A stretch of 63,740 nucleotides of DNA, counting the filler, from Phoronis australis (lineage: Eukaryota > Animalia > Phoronida): NCBI GenBank assembly GCA_002633005.1. It is 13 parts of 13 records of this genome, joined end to end, with 100 filler letters (N's around TTAATTAATTAA, not from the genome) between each part and the next. Parts side by side here need not be neighbours in the genome. Positions count along the whole stretch, not along the records: positions 1 to 12,986 come from NMRA01000419.1; positions 13,087 to 16,608 come from NMRA01002971.1; positions 16,709 to 23,396 come from NMRA01002130.1; positions 23,497 to 28,315 come from NMRA01002482.1; 9 more parts are not named here. The stretch is one strand, 5' to 3'. This document shows positions 11,790 to 24,136 of the stretch, one piece after another (the first letter of the stretch is position 1; every line of letters starts with the position of its first letter). A program made the position numbers and the translations under genes. The notes under the pieces are model-generated. The model ran no database searches. It saw nothing but the letters and a program-made list of their open reading frames with translations, and was not told where the DNA came from.

Positions 11790-12692
11790 CTAGACCAACA
11801 ATGACAACCTGTGGTGTGTCAGTTGCCTATTGAGATTGGGCTTACACCAACTGATATGTAAAGCCTCACGAATTTTAAGCTCCTTTGTTGCTACTGCCTG
11901 GTCTATTTTTGCAAAGTCATTGAAAGAGCACTGCTGATAACAATGATTGGAGCTCTGCAGGTGAATATTTACATGTGAATTACTGTCAGAATTTAGATGT
12001 TCCTTGGTCCTGGTTTTCAAATGACGAACAGTTTCGCCTATATAACTGGAGCCACATCCAGCACAGATAATTTTTTATACTACCTTGGACCGTAGACCCA
12101 TAGAAATTTTGTCCATAGGGTTAAATAAACTCGACAGTTTTAGAGACTTGAATGTTAATACAACTCTTAAGTTCACACAGTAATCATTCACCAATTTGTT
12201 GAGTTTTCGTTGAGCAATGTTGGCGTAAAACCCAACATAGGGTATTTTAAAGTACTTGTAGTTAGTTTTGTCTACAGGATGAACATCATCAGGGTTACGT
12301 TGGAGTCTTGCTTTCAGTAACCTATTGACTAATTCTAGGGGATAGCCATTCTTTTGCAAATTCGTTGCAAGTTCTTTGATATTAGAATCAAATCTAGCCC
12401 AAGTGTTGTTAATGCGATATACCCTGTCTATTAGCGTTTTTATGAGACCTACTTTATAAACAAAGGATGTGAAGCTATGAAAACAAGTGTACAGTCCTGT
12501 GTAGGTCTTCTTATGAAATACTGATGTTATCACTGAGGTACCATCACGCTCTACTAACACGTCCAGAAATGGCAAAATGTTATCGACCTCTAATTCTACA
12601 CTGACTTTCAAATTAGGAAGCCTCGAGTTTAAGTACACCAAAAATTCCTGGGCTGACTGCTGATTTTCAAATATACAAAACACATCATCTAG
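11790..12692 (-). mobile_element. 5'-truncated Penelope-like retroelement (RT C-terminus + GIY-YIG endonuclease), one in-frame stop
   Basis: LDDVFCIF...LPFLDVLV...VFHKKTYTGLY...KIPYVG (PLE RT tail and thumb) continues in frame through TAA at 12075-12077 into KIICAGCGSSYIGETVRHLKTRTKEH...LKIREALHISWCKPNLN (GIY-YIG). Confidence 0.9.
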
Positions 12693-12986
12693 TCGGTGGG
12701 CCAGATCTCATAGCGTTCACCCTTGTGAGTACTTTGGGGGGGCAACCTAGTTATTTCTATTTGGCTAGATAATATACCCATAAATCAAATTCCAAAAAGT
12801 TCCCACGTCTACACGTGCACATTTTTTTAAAAAAGGTGTTTTTGTTGCACAAAATATGATGCACATTCCTGCCACTTGATGGCGCTTTTCTATTGAATTG
12901 ACCAATCAGAGAGCCAGATTGTATTGTTGTGCTTAGTTACTTCAATATGGCTGCTCCCATGGAGTGTGATGCCTGTATAATTCAAG

Positions 12987-13086
12987 NNNNNNNNNNNNNN
13001 NNNNNNNNNNNNNNNNNNNNNNNNNNNNNNTTAATTAATTAANNNNNNNNNNNNNNNNNNNNNNNNNNNNNNNNNNNNNNNNNNNN
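12987..13086. other. Artificial contig spacer (first of 12)
   Basis: 44 N + TTAATTAATTAA + 44 N, which gives stops in all six frames. Repeated at 16609, 23397, 28316, 32379, 34724, 37087, 41765, 46228, 47858, 55646 and 61722. Confidence 0.97.
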
Positions 13087-14341
13087 TCACCAAGACCCTC
13101 CCTCCGCGTCCGCGAAAAAACGGGCCGCGAGAAAAAATAGAACACCTCGAATCTAAACAGGGGCCGGTGCACTACCTGGGACCAAGGTGTTGTTGAAACG
13201 AGTGCAACGAAGGTCTGTAGTGGAGCGGGGGAGACGGAGTTAGCGCGAACGATGCATTATATATTATAGATTCATTACGTATACACCAAACCGAACGAGA
13301 CAATTTTCTTTGGAGACCTAAACATATGTTGAAACAGTCAAGATCGATCAGACAATTCTGGCGAACTCAACGAGCCGGTCACCCTCCGCAAACGGCCAAC
13401 TTACTATGCTATCACATGTTTAGTCGAGTAATCTCCTATACATTTCAACACAGCGGGTGGCTATTGAGACAACGAATCTTGCCCACAACATTTGTGCATT
13501 CAGACACATGTAGCCACCACAAGCCTACAGACGCCACGTGCTGGCGAATCTATTCCTTAGAAACACCCAGTGAATATCAAGTCACCCATTTAAACCCCTA
13601 GTGCACAAAGAATGTGCATTTTGAGTTTCTATATGTTTGAAATCAGTGCTTCCCAATAAAGATTTTTGTAACGACTGCCGAAAGCAGGCGCACATATGCC
13701 TAAAGAGCATCATTGGAAGAGCATGAAAGCAGAATTCTCCTTCCCAACTTAGTTCAGTGTGCCTTCTCCAAGAAAATTGCAGAAGGGATGTGTAATAACG
13801 TGAATTATGATGCAACCCAGTAATTTCAGAGATAATTCGGTACTTTAAAAATAGTGGAATTTGTTGTTGAAGGACTTCGGAATTAGAATTTGCAGGTAGT
13901 ACGACATGACGTGTACCAGGAATTTCGGGAAATAGGCACACACAAAATTGCGTCCATGGACATATTTTCGGAGAGGTTTCCAAAAGCACACCCGTGGGTC
14001 TATTTACTGTAGCTGTTTGCATGCTTTGAAAATCTGACGAACTGTTCTGAAATACGTATGTCATATTTTTGAATGTATAAGTTTTGTTTATTTTGACAAG
14101 AAATTACATTGTAGGATCGTGATTCCACTCAAAGACTTGTCACTTGACAATGACAAGATGTTGGGTGACTTTATTGGTGACTAACCGTATTAGCACAGTG
14201 TGAAGAACTGATTTAATAAATCAGACCCCCAGCCCACTTAAAAAAAATGATAATAAGATAAGGCTAACACAAACAGGCCTGAAAGTTACGAAATGTGTAG
14301 AGTTTAGTGTTCTTTCATCTGATAAAACTCATCCGCGTAGC

Positions 14342-14820
14342 GTAAGCCAAGTACGACATAAGTCCTATTTTTTACAGTGACAGTTCGCACTTTATTTCAG
14401 TGATAATTCTTTAACAAACAGAAGCCAGGAAGAATTAAAGTAATAAATATGTATTATTGTAATTACTGTTTATTCCAAAAATAAATGCTTATTACTGGAA
14501 TATGTTAACCTATCGCATGTCAGGAATAATTACTGTAATAAATGCGTCGGACTTATGTTGTGCTTGGCCTACAACAGGTCAAGTCCGATTTATTACTGTA
14601 ATAATTCCCCACTTTATTCCAGAAATAATTCTTTAGCCAATCAGAAGCCAGGAATAATTACTGTTATAAATAATTATTACTGAAATAAATATTAATTAAT
14701 TACAGTAGTCAAAATTTCACAGTAATTATTCCTGGCTTTTGGTTGGCTAAAAAATTAATACTGGAATAAATCGCGAATAATTACAGTGAATAAATCGGAG
14801 TTATGTCTCACTTGGCATAC
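14342..14820. mobile_element. AT-rich foldback MITE, apparently a tandem dimer of ~235-bp units
   Basis: GTAAGCCAAGTACGACATAAGTCC at 14342 has inverted counterparts ending near 14573 (GGACTTATGTTGTGCTTGGCCTAC) and 14820 (GGAGTTATGTCTCACTTGGCATAC). Internal AATTACTG/CAGTAATT palindromes. Confidence 0.6.
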
Positions 14821-14978
14821 GACATCAGTGTTATAAATTGGTAAATGTAAAAGGGAGAGTAACTTTGTTGTTCAAGAGCATGTTCAATAGGACAGTCCCT
14901 GATTTCACGGCAGCAGAACTCTTCTTTGTCCTGGAGTTAAGAAAACACGTGACCTCGTTTTGGAAATCAGGCACATTT

Positions 14979-15095
14979 TCATGTCGGGAAGGCGAAGAAA
15001 TTCACATACCGCATCCACGGGTATTTGTCCAGTTTATCAAACTTTCTCACATCGGAGTTGCAGCCCACAGCACAGCAGCAATACTTCGTTGGCAT
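14979..15095 (-). pseudogene. THAP domain N-terminal remnant (not in ORF track)
   Basis: Manual translation gives MPTKYCCCAVGCNSDVRKFDKLDKYPWMRYVNFFAFPT*, with the THAP CAVGC and F-x-FP motifs, then a stop. Confidence 0.65.
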
Positions 15096-15723
15096 TGGTG
15101 GGATGAAAAGACTAATGCAAAAAACGTGTAAGAATCAGACAACAACAAATAACATGCCAAATCCAATGACACGAAAACGAGGTAGCAAATATGCCTGGCG
15201 GATGTTTACGGTATTGTACAGTTGTTAAATACAGAGGGATTCGAATGGCGCTCTCTCGGGACGGCCCTATCGGTGCTAATACTATGAATATGAAATTTCA
15301 CTCTCCACCCTTTGATCCGTTCTCAAACGAATGCTGAAGTAACCTTTAATGTCTTTTTTAACGTTTTTTGATCAAGGAAGATTTCAACATTTGTTCTGTG
15401 TGTGGCGTATACTTAAATACCTCAGACCAACACGATGCTTTTTGCTCCAAAAGTGTTGCAAGGTACCCAATTTCATGTTCTGATAAAACTACTTCTAGTT
15501 CTAAGGTATCAATGTAGTGTGCCCAGCACACGTTCCCTTGTGCCTCTTACGTAAAATTCGATTAGTTTTAAAAAGCGATAGCCACTCGGCATGAATAAGA
15601 CCAGAACTTCATCACGACCAGTGGCTGAGTACGCAAGGAAAATATAACTCTTCCGTAGACTTTCTTTAGAAGAGGTAAACCCATCACATGGCGTTTAATT
15701 CAGGGTAGACACACGACACCAGC

Positions 15724-15975
15724 AGGCGATTTCATAAAGGTGGTTTAAAGTTAAACCTGGTTTAAACTGGACTTAGACCAGGTTTAAAGATAATCTGCAT
15801 TTCATAAAGGTGGTTTAACTTTTATACCAGTGGTCTAGTAAAACCTGGTTTAACTCCAATTTAGACCTGGTCTAAGTCAGTTTTCATTTCACGAACGAGG
15901 GCTATATTCCTTAGACCTGTAGTAAGATCTTAAACCATGTTTAACTTTAGACTTGGTCAGACCCAGGTTTAACTG
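15724..15975. mobile_element. Harbinger-like MITE end, partly repeated at 16484-16590
   Basis: GATTTCATAAAGGTGGTTTAAAGTTAAACCTGGTTTAAACTGGACTTAGACCAGG... occurs twice, with many internal AAACC(A/T)GGTTT palindromes. Confidence 0.5.
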
Positions 15976-16128
15976 TTAAATATTTCAGACTTGCATGGTA
16001 TAGGTGCGACTGAANGGTATAGGTGCGACTGAATGATGCCGAGGAGTGCATTTGCGACGCAGTTTTAGAGCAAAAATGGACTATTTTTTTGCAATATTCA
16101 GTTTTACTACGATCAAGATCAAACGTAG

Positions 16129-16293
16129 CAGGGGCGGATCCAGGATTTTTTAAGGAGGGGGGGTGGTCAAGGACTTTTTGAAAAGGGGGGCCAAGTCAAC
16201 AGTTTGAAAATTAATTATACAGTAGATTTGATCTCACTAAAATCAAGGGAAAAGGGGGCTCCGGACCCCTTTACTCCCCTGGATCCGACTATG
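16129..16293. mobile_element. hAT5-like MITE with 5-bp TSD CGTAG; inverted copy at about 5962-6106
   Basis: CGTAG|CAGGGGCGGATCCAGG...CCTGGATCCGACTATG|CGTAG. Confidence 0.75.
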
Positions 16294-16864
16294 CGTAGAC
16301 CAGTACGTGCTGGAGTGTGTCCTGCGGATTCCTCAGAATACTACTGGTCGAGCAGTGCGTCATCGGATTTGACTTAAGGCAGCATCCTCTGATTCTTCTG
16401 TCTGAGTTCCACCTCCACTGTTCTCCGATTTAATGTTGCCGGGAAGGGGTCTTGCCCCCCAGCCGCGAAAAATAAACACTAACAGCCGATTTCATAAAGG
16501 TGGGTTAAAGTTAAACCTGGTTTAAACTGGACTTAGACCAGGTTTAAAGATAATCTGCATTTCATAAAGGTGGTTTAACTTTTAGACCAGTGTACTGATT
16601 CTACTAGTNNNNNNNNNNNNNNNNNNNNNNNNNNNNNNNNNNNNNNNNNNNNTTAATTAATTAANNNNNNNNNNNNNNNNNNNNNNNNNNNNNNNNNNNN
16701 NNNNNNNNCTTTTTTTTTTTTAGTCGTCCACATCTGTAGAAATTCGAGCCCTCACCCCCATATTTTAAGCCAGGAGCACCCATGCAATCGTGCTTTGCTG
16801 AGACAAAATTTTGGGCCCCCCATGATAACCTGGATCCACCACTGCAGGTTCAGGTGAAAATCAG

Positions 16865-17450
16865 ATCTTTCGAGTAAATATTTTGCAGACTGTGCAACTC
16901 ATTCTGCAAGTCCGTTGCTGCTAGGGAAATGCGGTGAGCTGGTCATGTGATGAATATTCCATTTTGTAGTGACGACAATGTCTTACAACAGATATTGGCT
17001 ACCGCTACCTGTTAGTAACATCTCAGGTACACCAAATCTTGCAAAGTGTTGTTTCAGCTTCAAAATGACATTCTTAGATGAGATCCCGTTTAGACTGTCG
17101 ATCTCATACCAAAACAGAGTAAGAGTCGACGCTCACCACATAGTGTTTACTGAGCCGTTCGAATATGTCAGTTGCAACTAGAGACCAAGGAGCCACTGGA
17201 ATCGGATACAGCTTAAAAGGTTCCTTTTGCTAATGTTTTATGTAGTTGTTGCACGTCTCTTACTTGACAACATATTCTGTGATCTTTGACCAAAACATTA
17301 TGTCTTTGGCTCTGTGAATGGACGATTCAGTTCCAGCATATCCAGAATGTACCTTGGTAATGTATTCTGATCGGAGATCAACAGGTACAAAATGATTTCC
17401 TTTCAGAATGATAGCCAGTTCATCTCTTGTGGCATACAGTTCTTAGAGCT
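16865..17450 (-). pseudogene. Degenerate Ty3/Gypsy integrase (zinc-binding region + rve core)
   Basis: Minus strand reads ...VHSGYAGTESSIHRAKDIMFW..., QKEPFKLYPIPVAPWSLVATDIF..VVSVDSYS, LKQHFARFGVPEML, HMTSSPHFPSSNGLAE*, with stops and frameshifts. Confidence 0.85.
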
Positions 17451-17459
17451 CTTTGTTAA

Positions 17460-18715
17460 AGGCAAAGGCAAGCTTTCTTCATGTCATTTTTACTACAAAT
17501 ACAGTTCACTGATTATCCCAGAAATTTTTCAGTTAATTACAGGTTCCCCTAATTTAATTAATTAGTCGTGCCCTACTCCAGAAGTGAGATTTAGGGGGCT
17601 AAGAATTTCCCACCAGGTTTACTGTGAGGATCTGTTGAACTGTTTTTTTTTTCGTGCTCGTTTCCTAAAATTGTCATCACCACTTCCCATCGATGAGTAT
17701 TCTACGACAAGCTCGGTTGTTGGAGAACTCAAATTACCTTAAGTTTGTAGTAGCCTGAAAATGGCTAGAGTCGGCGACCCATATCAGTGACGTGAGTAAC
17801 GGCCTGTTCATTGGGTGTCAAACTGGGTATGTATTCACTCCCACTATAATTGCTGCAGGGCTGCTTACAGGCTCTGGGCTGGAGACAACACCAGCACGGG
17901 GCGAATCACTGTTAGTTCCCGGAATTGCACGCTATGGGGTACGTTCAGAGGCACGGGTGATTGTAGACAGTAACCACAGTCTCTACTGGCTCCGCAGCAG
18001 AGACTGTGAAGCTCCTATAGGCGCTTCATACGCCGGAAGATTTTCGGCGAATTTTGCCTCGTACTGACTAAAAAAATAAATGCTACGTTGTCATTAATAC
18101 TTTTTGAGCATAGAGAGACCGTCGATGTATTTAATTCCTTCCAACTCAACAAATACTCCCTGTATCAAACTTTTTCTTCAAGCATTCCCTCCTTCGTTCA
18201 GTTTCCAAAATCGGTAACTCACCATTTTTAACACTGCGCGCGCCAGGTGGTATTACATCATATCCCCTGGCGCACGCAGTGTGACTTACCGATTTTGGGA
18301 ACTGCATGAACGAGGGAATGCTCAAAGAAAAAGTTTGATAACGGGAGTATTTGTTCAAGTTGGAAGGAACGACCTCCTAAGGCTAAGGTGTCCCATTGTG
18401 AGCAAAGGTATTTATAACAATGTGGCTTTGATGGTTTAGTTAGTGCAATCAAGGCATAATTCGCCGAAAAGCTTCCGGCGTATGAAGCGTCTATAGGAGC
18501 TCCTCCGTCCTACATGCCAGTAAAATGCTGGTCACTGTCTAGGGTGTTTGTAGATCAGAGGCCACAGCTCACGAGGCTTCTCGCTTCAAAAATGCACTTC
18601 TCGGGAGTGGCGATAGAGCACTGCCACGAATCAACAGCGACGGCATGGCACCCTTCTTCAGACGTTGTTTTGCAGGAACCTTCATCAATTCCACGTACAT
18701 ATCTCTTTCATAAAC
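17460..18715 (-). mobile_element. Kolobok-type derivative in opposite orientation, one end missing, interrupted by a MULE-like foldback
   Basis: TTAA|AGGCAAAGGCAA TIR at 17460. ATGGCTAGAGTCGGCGACCCATAT (start of the ballast-like ORF, compare MAGVGDPY at about 43720). 17840-17963 and 18551-18715 are reverse complements of about 42850-43150. Confidence 0.75.
17964..18541. mobile_element. MULE-like foldback element with 9-bp TSD
   Basis: GGGTGATTG|TAGACAG...CTGTCTA|GGGTGTTTG (TSD 8/9). Long inverted arms: 18010-18060 with 18450-18502, and 18137-18220 with 18285-18368. A further right-arm fragment lies at 18822-18917. Confidence 0.75.
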
Positions 18716-19496
18716 CTCTATATTCACTTACTTTGTAATAAATTCTTCAGTTATTCAAAAAAAGTCAAGTGGAGTGACCCGCTTGCGGCTTTCGACGTGA
18801 TTCGGATTGTTGTTTCATCAGTGCGAGGCCATAATTCGCCGAAAAGCTTCAGACGTATGTAGACACAATAAGAGCTTCACCGTTTCAACTGCTAAGTAGA
18901 GACTGTGGAACTGTCTATTGTTCACGCTGCGCGGTTTTATAATCAATGTACTTACTGATCACCTCTACACACTGAATGGAAATTCACTCGTCGACTGCAG
19001 GAAACGTGCCTGTGCAATTGTTGTGGTCCTTTGAAATAAGCAGTACGATTAACTTTGTTTAATGCATTTTATTGCATTTATCTCTTGAAAAATTTACTAT
19101 CTGTTTAATTCACTTTCTAGGCACAAAGTTAGATGAACAACATACGATTAAGTTAAGGAAAGTACCATAATGGACATTAATAACGAATAGTCGAAATTAC
19201 CAAATTCCGTTTCCCGTTCCGGACAAAGAAATGCGTGTCGCTTGTGACTGTGTCAGAGAGTTTTAACTCTAGTGTTAAAACACTAACAGTTACTTAGCAG
19301 TGGTTAGTGCTTTTGTTTATCTAGCGTATATTCCAAACCAGTTTTAAATGACTATTGTTGTTTTTTTACTCAGAGTTTCCCCAATGTGCCACCCGGTATC
19401 TTCAATACACTATCACTAGATCACTACAGTGTCAATGAATAGGCAATGACCATCGCCTCTGTTGGCCCGAACCAGGTTCGGGCCAACGGACACTGT

Positions 19497-20315
19497 CAAG
19501 TGACCTATCCTAATTATCGGACGTTTTGCCACATTTTGCATTATATTTAATTAAAAATACTACGGACGGTTGTAAATTCTTTGCTGAAAAAAAGATTTAC
19601 CTTTACGGAATTGTTTTGTTACTATATCTTGTCACGGAAATCCACGTTTATGCTCTGATTGATGTTTAAAAAACACAACTAGCAGTAGCAAACCCTCGAG
19701 AACCTAGATATCGGACACCATGTTTCCCCATACACCACACCGCGGAAAACTGACTAACCAAGTAATGGCCGCGGGCACCTTGTAGCCAAATTTCATCTCG
19801 AGTGTTTTGACATATATGCTGCTCTGTTCAGCTCTATTCGCAACAAAATTATTCATAACATGAAGTATGATGACAGCACCAAGTCGTTTTGATGATTCAG
19901 TGCAGACGACTAAAGCAGGTGCAAACTTGAAGTTTTTAGTATCCCTTTGCCTTCTTGATATAACACCCACACGTGCGCGGCCAGGGTTTGACTTCAGTTT
20001 GAAAGCAAATGAAAAATTGAAACTGTGACGCATTGTCAGTTCAATGAGATGATTTCATTGTGGAAAAAAATTTTGGTTTCAGCTTTTATAACCAATGTAT
20101 GCGATCGTCCATTTAAGACCAACTTGGAGGTCTAAACTGCATCTTCTCTTGGTGAAATCAAAATGAGGCAACGGTGTAAAAAACGAGACAGTGCCGGACA
20201 TTGAATGCATTATAGCGGAACAAAAGTTGGTGTCATTTAATTCTTAGATTATGCTTCGAGTAAGATTTTATGAAATGTCCGATATTTAGGGTCCGTCCGA
20301 TAATTAGGTACACTA
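19497..20315. mobile_element. Possible degenerate TIR element
   Basis: CCTAATTATCGGACG (about 19509) is inverted as CGTCCGATAATTAGG (about 20294). Termini and TSD are unclear. Confidence 0.35.
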
Positions 20316-21354
20316 TGTGTAGCCAATTTTGGGGTCTTCTCACACACGTGATCATTTTAGTTATTGCTGCCGAGAGGTGTCGCAGTTTTATAATGGTGGT
20401 CATCCGAGATTGGCTTAATTACTAGCAAATGAACACCTCTGAAAAACATTGCATGCGTGAATAAGAAGGGCCTAATTGGTACGAGTAATGCATTTTTGGA
20501 GTCACTATGATCACCGGGCGAGAGGATTCAGAAATTGGTAATATCGAGAACTTACAAGTATGTACGTTAAGGTACTCTGATTTTAAACAACAACCGAAGT
20601 TGGTGGTGGATCATCGAGTTTTCTTGTTTACCCGGGTTGCGTGTAGTTAGCCAGCCAGCTAGCCTTGGTACAAAGCTGTATACTAAATATACAGCTTTGT
20701 ACCCATGTGGGTAAAAAAGTGGTAAGATAAAATCTGACACAAAGTTAGTATCATTAAAAACTACAGTATTCCTTGAGTAAACTTTATTATTTAACGGTGT
20801 TGGAAAAATGGCGTTCTACCGTTATTCTGCTGCTAAAGTTGTGGAGCGATCTTCTGCGTTGGCTTTCGGCGCCATGAAATATTGCATCACTTATTGGCCA
20901 GTTTCTTCTTTCGTCGATTCTTCAATCAACTGTAGTTCTTTCAGGAGGTTGCGTACACGTCACAACAAATTATTGGAACTAGTTTCACTTCATTGTAAGT
21001 TTTTAGAATATGGATACCGAAAAAACGAATTTCAGAACAAATTTTACTGCTGCGAAGTTGTCGCAAAAATTTAAGAAATGGCAAGACACACGTGTACTGT
21101 TTTCAAAACGATAACATACTTTTCATTGTTACAAAAGGTCCAGAATGACGCAAGAAAATGACGTTTGTTGCATTGTTTTTCACTTAAACGGTTGTAACGG
21201 GCAAGGTGAGTGTCGTTTGATTAAACAGTGACCTCTGACATTGAAGGTTCAAAAGGTAGGTCAATGTCGACTCGACCTCGTTAGCCGGTTAGATCATCAA
21301 ACTTTCGGAAAATAGCTTAAAGTAATACAATTGTTGCACTCAACATGCAACCAG

Positions 21355-21750
21355 GGCCCGGTCTCTAATCTTTGTACTCGAAACGAACTCGAAACTATTT
21401 TTGGCAATTTCTCTGCTCCTGTTGTGCAAACTTAAGATAATTGGTTATCAGACTGTGCTCGAATACATTATAGTTTATGCATAGGAGTTTCTAGTTCAAG
21501 TTTGCCCTTGAAGACCCTTATATTCGTGCTACAAACTCGAGTAAAAACTCGAAATTTCGAGTTCAAACTCGAACTTATTGCTTTGATATTGGGTTTACAA
21601 ACTGTGAACTAAGGACAATACATTATCTACGTAAGTTATTGTGTACTCGAGAATAACAGACACTTTTCTTGATTTTGCCCAAAAGTAGAGTAGAAAATCC
21701 CAAACCTAATTTCGAGTTCCATTTCGAGTAAAAAGATTGGAGACCAGGCC
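21355..21750. mobile_element. Harbinger-like MITE with 3-bp CAG TSD; relatives at 36390, 36677 and about 41302
   Basis: CAG|GGCCCGGTCTCTAATCTTTGTACTCGAAA...TTTCGAGTAAAAAGATTGGAGACCAGGCC|CAG. Confidence 0.75.
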
Positions 21751-21955
21751 CAGGTCTCAATCGTAACATCTGGAACAGGACTGTTAATTATACGACAGTT
21801 CTGTCTCAGTTTTCACTTGCTAAGATATATCGTCTGCAACTCAGGCACCGATTCCTCGCCAATATCACTGGCCATGACAGCACCCGCTACTATCGGCGAC
21901 AGTATTACACGAACAGCAACGACCACCGTCCCAGCAACACATGAACCTATCGACG

Positions 21956-22513
21956 CTGTGGCGGATCTAGGATATCACAAGGGGGGGGCCAACATTTTGT
22001 CTGTAAGCATTTGCGCAAACCACGATTGTAGATGCACATACCACCGAATGGGGGAGGTCGCGTCAGGAGGGGGGTTTGCACCCCTCCCGCCCACGAAGTT
22101 TTTCTGTTTTTCCACTAACAATCAAGCATTTTCCTTGATTCCTGAAGTATTATCCAAGAAAAAAGGCAAAAGAAAAAAAACACTGAGAACGTGTCAAACA
22201 GGGTAAACTGCAATTACCACAGACTCGAACCAAAGACGCTAACAAGACTATTCACCAAGGCCGCCGCCATTATTGTGTCATGGACCGTGGCGACACCTAG
22301 CGGGTATCCTTGATTCCTGAAGTATAATCCAAGAAAAAAGGCAAAAAAAAAAAACAACTCTAAAACTGCACACATTTAAATCTTGTTTCATCCGTATAAT
22401 TTTAATTACCGGGGTTAATTAATAAACTCGACATTTCCCCACGCTCTTGCTGTTTTACTTTTTTGCGGCAGCCAAGGGGGGAGGGGTGCCTGCCCCCCCT
22501 AAATCCGCTTATG
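21956..22513. mobile_element. hAT5-like MITE, same family as 40446-41274
   Basis: GTGGCGGATCTAGGATATCACAAGGGGGGG... is shared with 40446 over about 270 bp. Ends TAAATCCGCTTATG. TSD not evident. Confidence 0.7.
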
Positions 22514-23554
22514 TAATACAGTTCGCTTTAAACCCATTCTTCTATTATTCGTTTAAGTGTAGGCGCCCAAATGGCCATCGTATTGCCTTGAGCGCTGAAT
22601 TTTAAAAGTACGTTGAACTCGCCGGCAAAACCTGACTCGCAAAGGCCTACTTTTTGACTCACTGACGACTTGAGTGGGTATTTACATAGAGTCTGCAGTC
22701 ATGGCGGATGTCGGAAAAATTATAAGGTCCAACTACACTTCGAAGGCAAAGGTCCGTGCTTCCAAGCGGGCTCTTAAGGAGCCCAAGCAAAGGAAGGGGC
22801 GTAACTCCCAGGCAGAAACGATATGCTGGCGGCGAGGTTTAGTCGCCCAGGCGTCGGGTGTCGCGGGGCCGGCCCTTAATAGCCACCCACCCCTTATCTA
22901 CCTATAATATGGTGGGACACCGTAGTAACTGTTTCTTTATCTTGAAATATTAACAAAAATACATAACTCCGTCGACGAGCATACGAGTATGCCTCAGTGG
23001 TGGTCGCGCGCGCCAAAATCCTTGGCAGCAATATGCTGTCGCCAGCCTACGTAGCGCATTGCCGTAAGCTATGGTATCGAACTGCGCCCCACCCACTGTC
23101 ACTTAATTAGGGCGCGTAGAAGCACGGCTACGTCAAAATGTAAAAAGGTGGTTGGCTGCAACTATACGTGCGCCTAAGTCCCACTAACTGCCAGCAGGGC
23201 AATGACTTAATTCATTCGTGATAGGTGTACGGCAGTACTCAGTGTAGACATGATTTTATCAGCGTTTATTACCCACTCAGGCTGTGGGGGCAATAAATAT
23301 GTACGCCTAGTCTGGCAATGGAACTACTGTATTCTGAGCGTGAATTCGGCAAAGTGGGTTATGCAGCCAAGAGTTTCCATCGATGAGACCCGGAAANNNN
23401 NNNNNNNNNNNNNNNNNNNNNNNNNNNNNNNNNNNNNNNNTTAATTAATTAANNNNNNNNNNNNNNNNNNNNNNNNNNNNNNNNNNNNNNNNNNNNGAAA
23501 TGAGTACAGAAAGCGAATGGAAGTATTGTAGCCCCTATATGGCCAACCGAGGGG

Positions 23555-23776
23555 CTACGTGTTGCCTACTAGTTGGCTCCGCGTTGGTTTGAATGCCCTA
23601 AATCTCCACTTACTCCCAGCTCTCTTAATGTTGTCTATCCATTTTTCACGAAGTTCTTGGTTTGCAGGGAACACATAAAAACTCAGATTTTTATCCCTCT
23701 TGTTGTTTTTGAAGCAGCCAGGAACACAACAAGTGTATCCGCCGTAAGTTTTCTTCGCGCTCATACCGCGCATTAT
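23555..23776 (-). pseudogene. Incomplete THAP domain, probably a transposon remnant inside an LRRC49 intron
   Basis: YTCCVPGCFKNNKRDKNLSFYVFPANQELREKWIDNIKR has the CxVxGC, F-x-FP and W motifs. The second Cys/His pair is absent before the stop. Confidence 0.7.
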
Positions 23777-24136
23777 GCTTGATACTATGGCCGCTTTCGG
23801 AATCCTGACCACAGCACCCACAATGCACCATTTTAACCTAATTTCGTCGCTGCAAATCCGCTATTCAGAAGTTAGTGCTTCATCAAACCAATCACCACTC
23901 ATCATGTCCTAATGCTCTCATCAAGATGACCAATAACAAGTCAGAGGAGGTCTTTACTGACCCCTCCAGTGTCTCAAGCTAAAGACCATCAAAGTCTATT
24001 TGAGACTCAACTAAAAATTGACCATGATTAACATCATTGCAGGGTAGTTTTGTCATACAAGTTACAACTGCTTGATTATCATATTGAGCCCGTGCATATT
24101 TAACAGCTTGTTGCTGGCCAGCCAGTCTTTACTTAC

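Noticed and set aside
13326-14064. 160-aa and 91-aa ORFs as real genes
   Set aside because: No recognisable domain and no convincing splice structure.
15997-16033. Direct repeat GGTATAGGTGCGACTGAA flanking a single N
   Set aside because: Typical unmerged contig overlap. The duplication of 36387-36466 at 36673-36752, ending at a lone N, looks like the same artefact.
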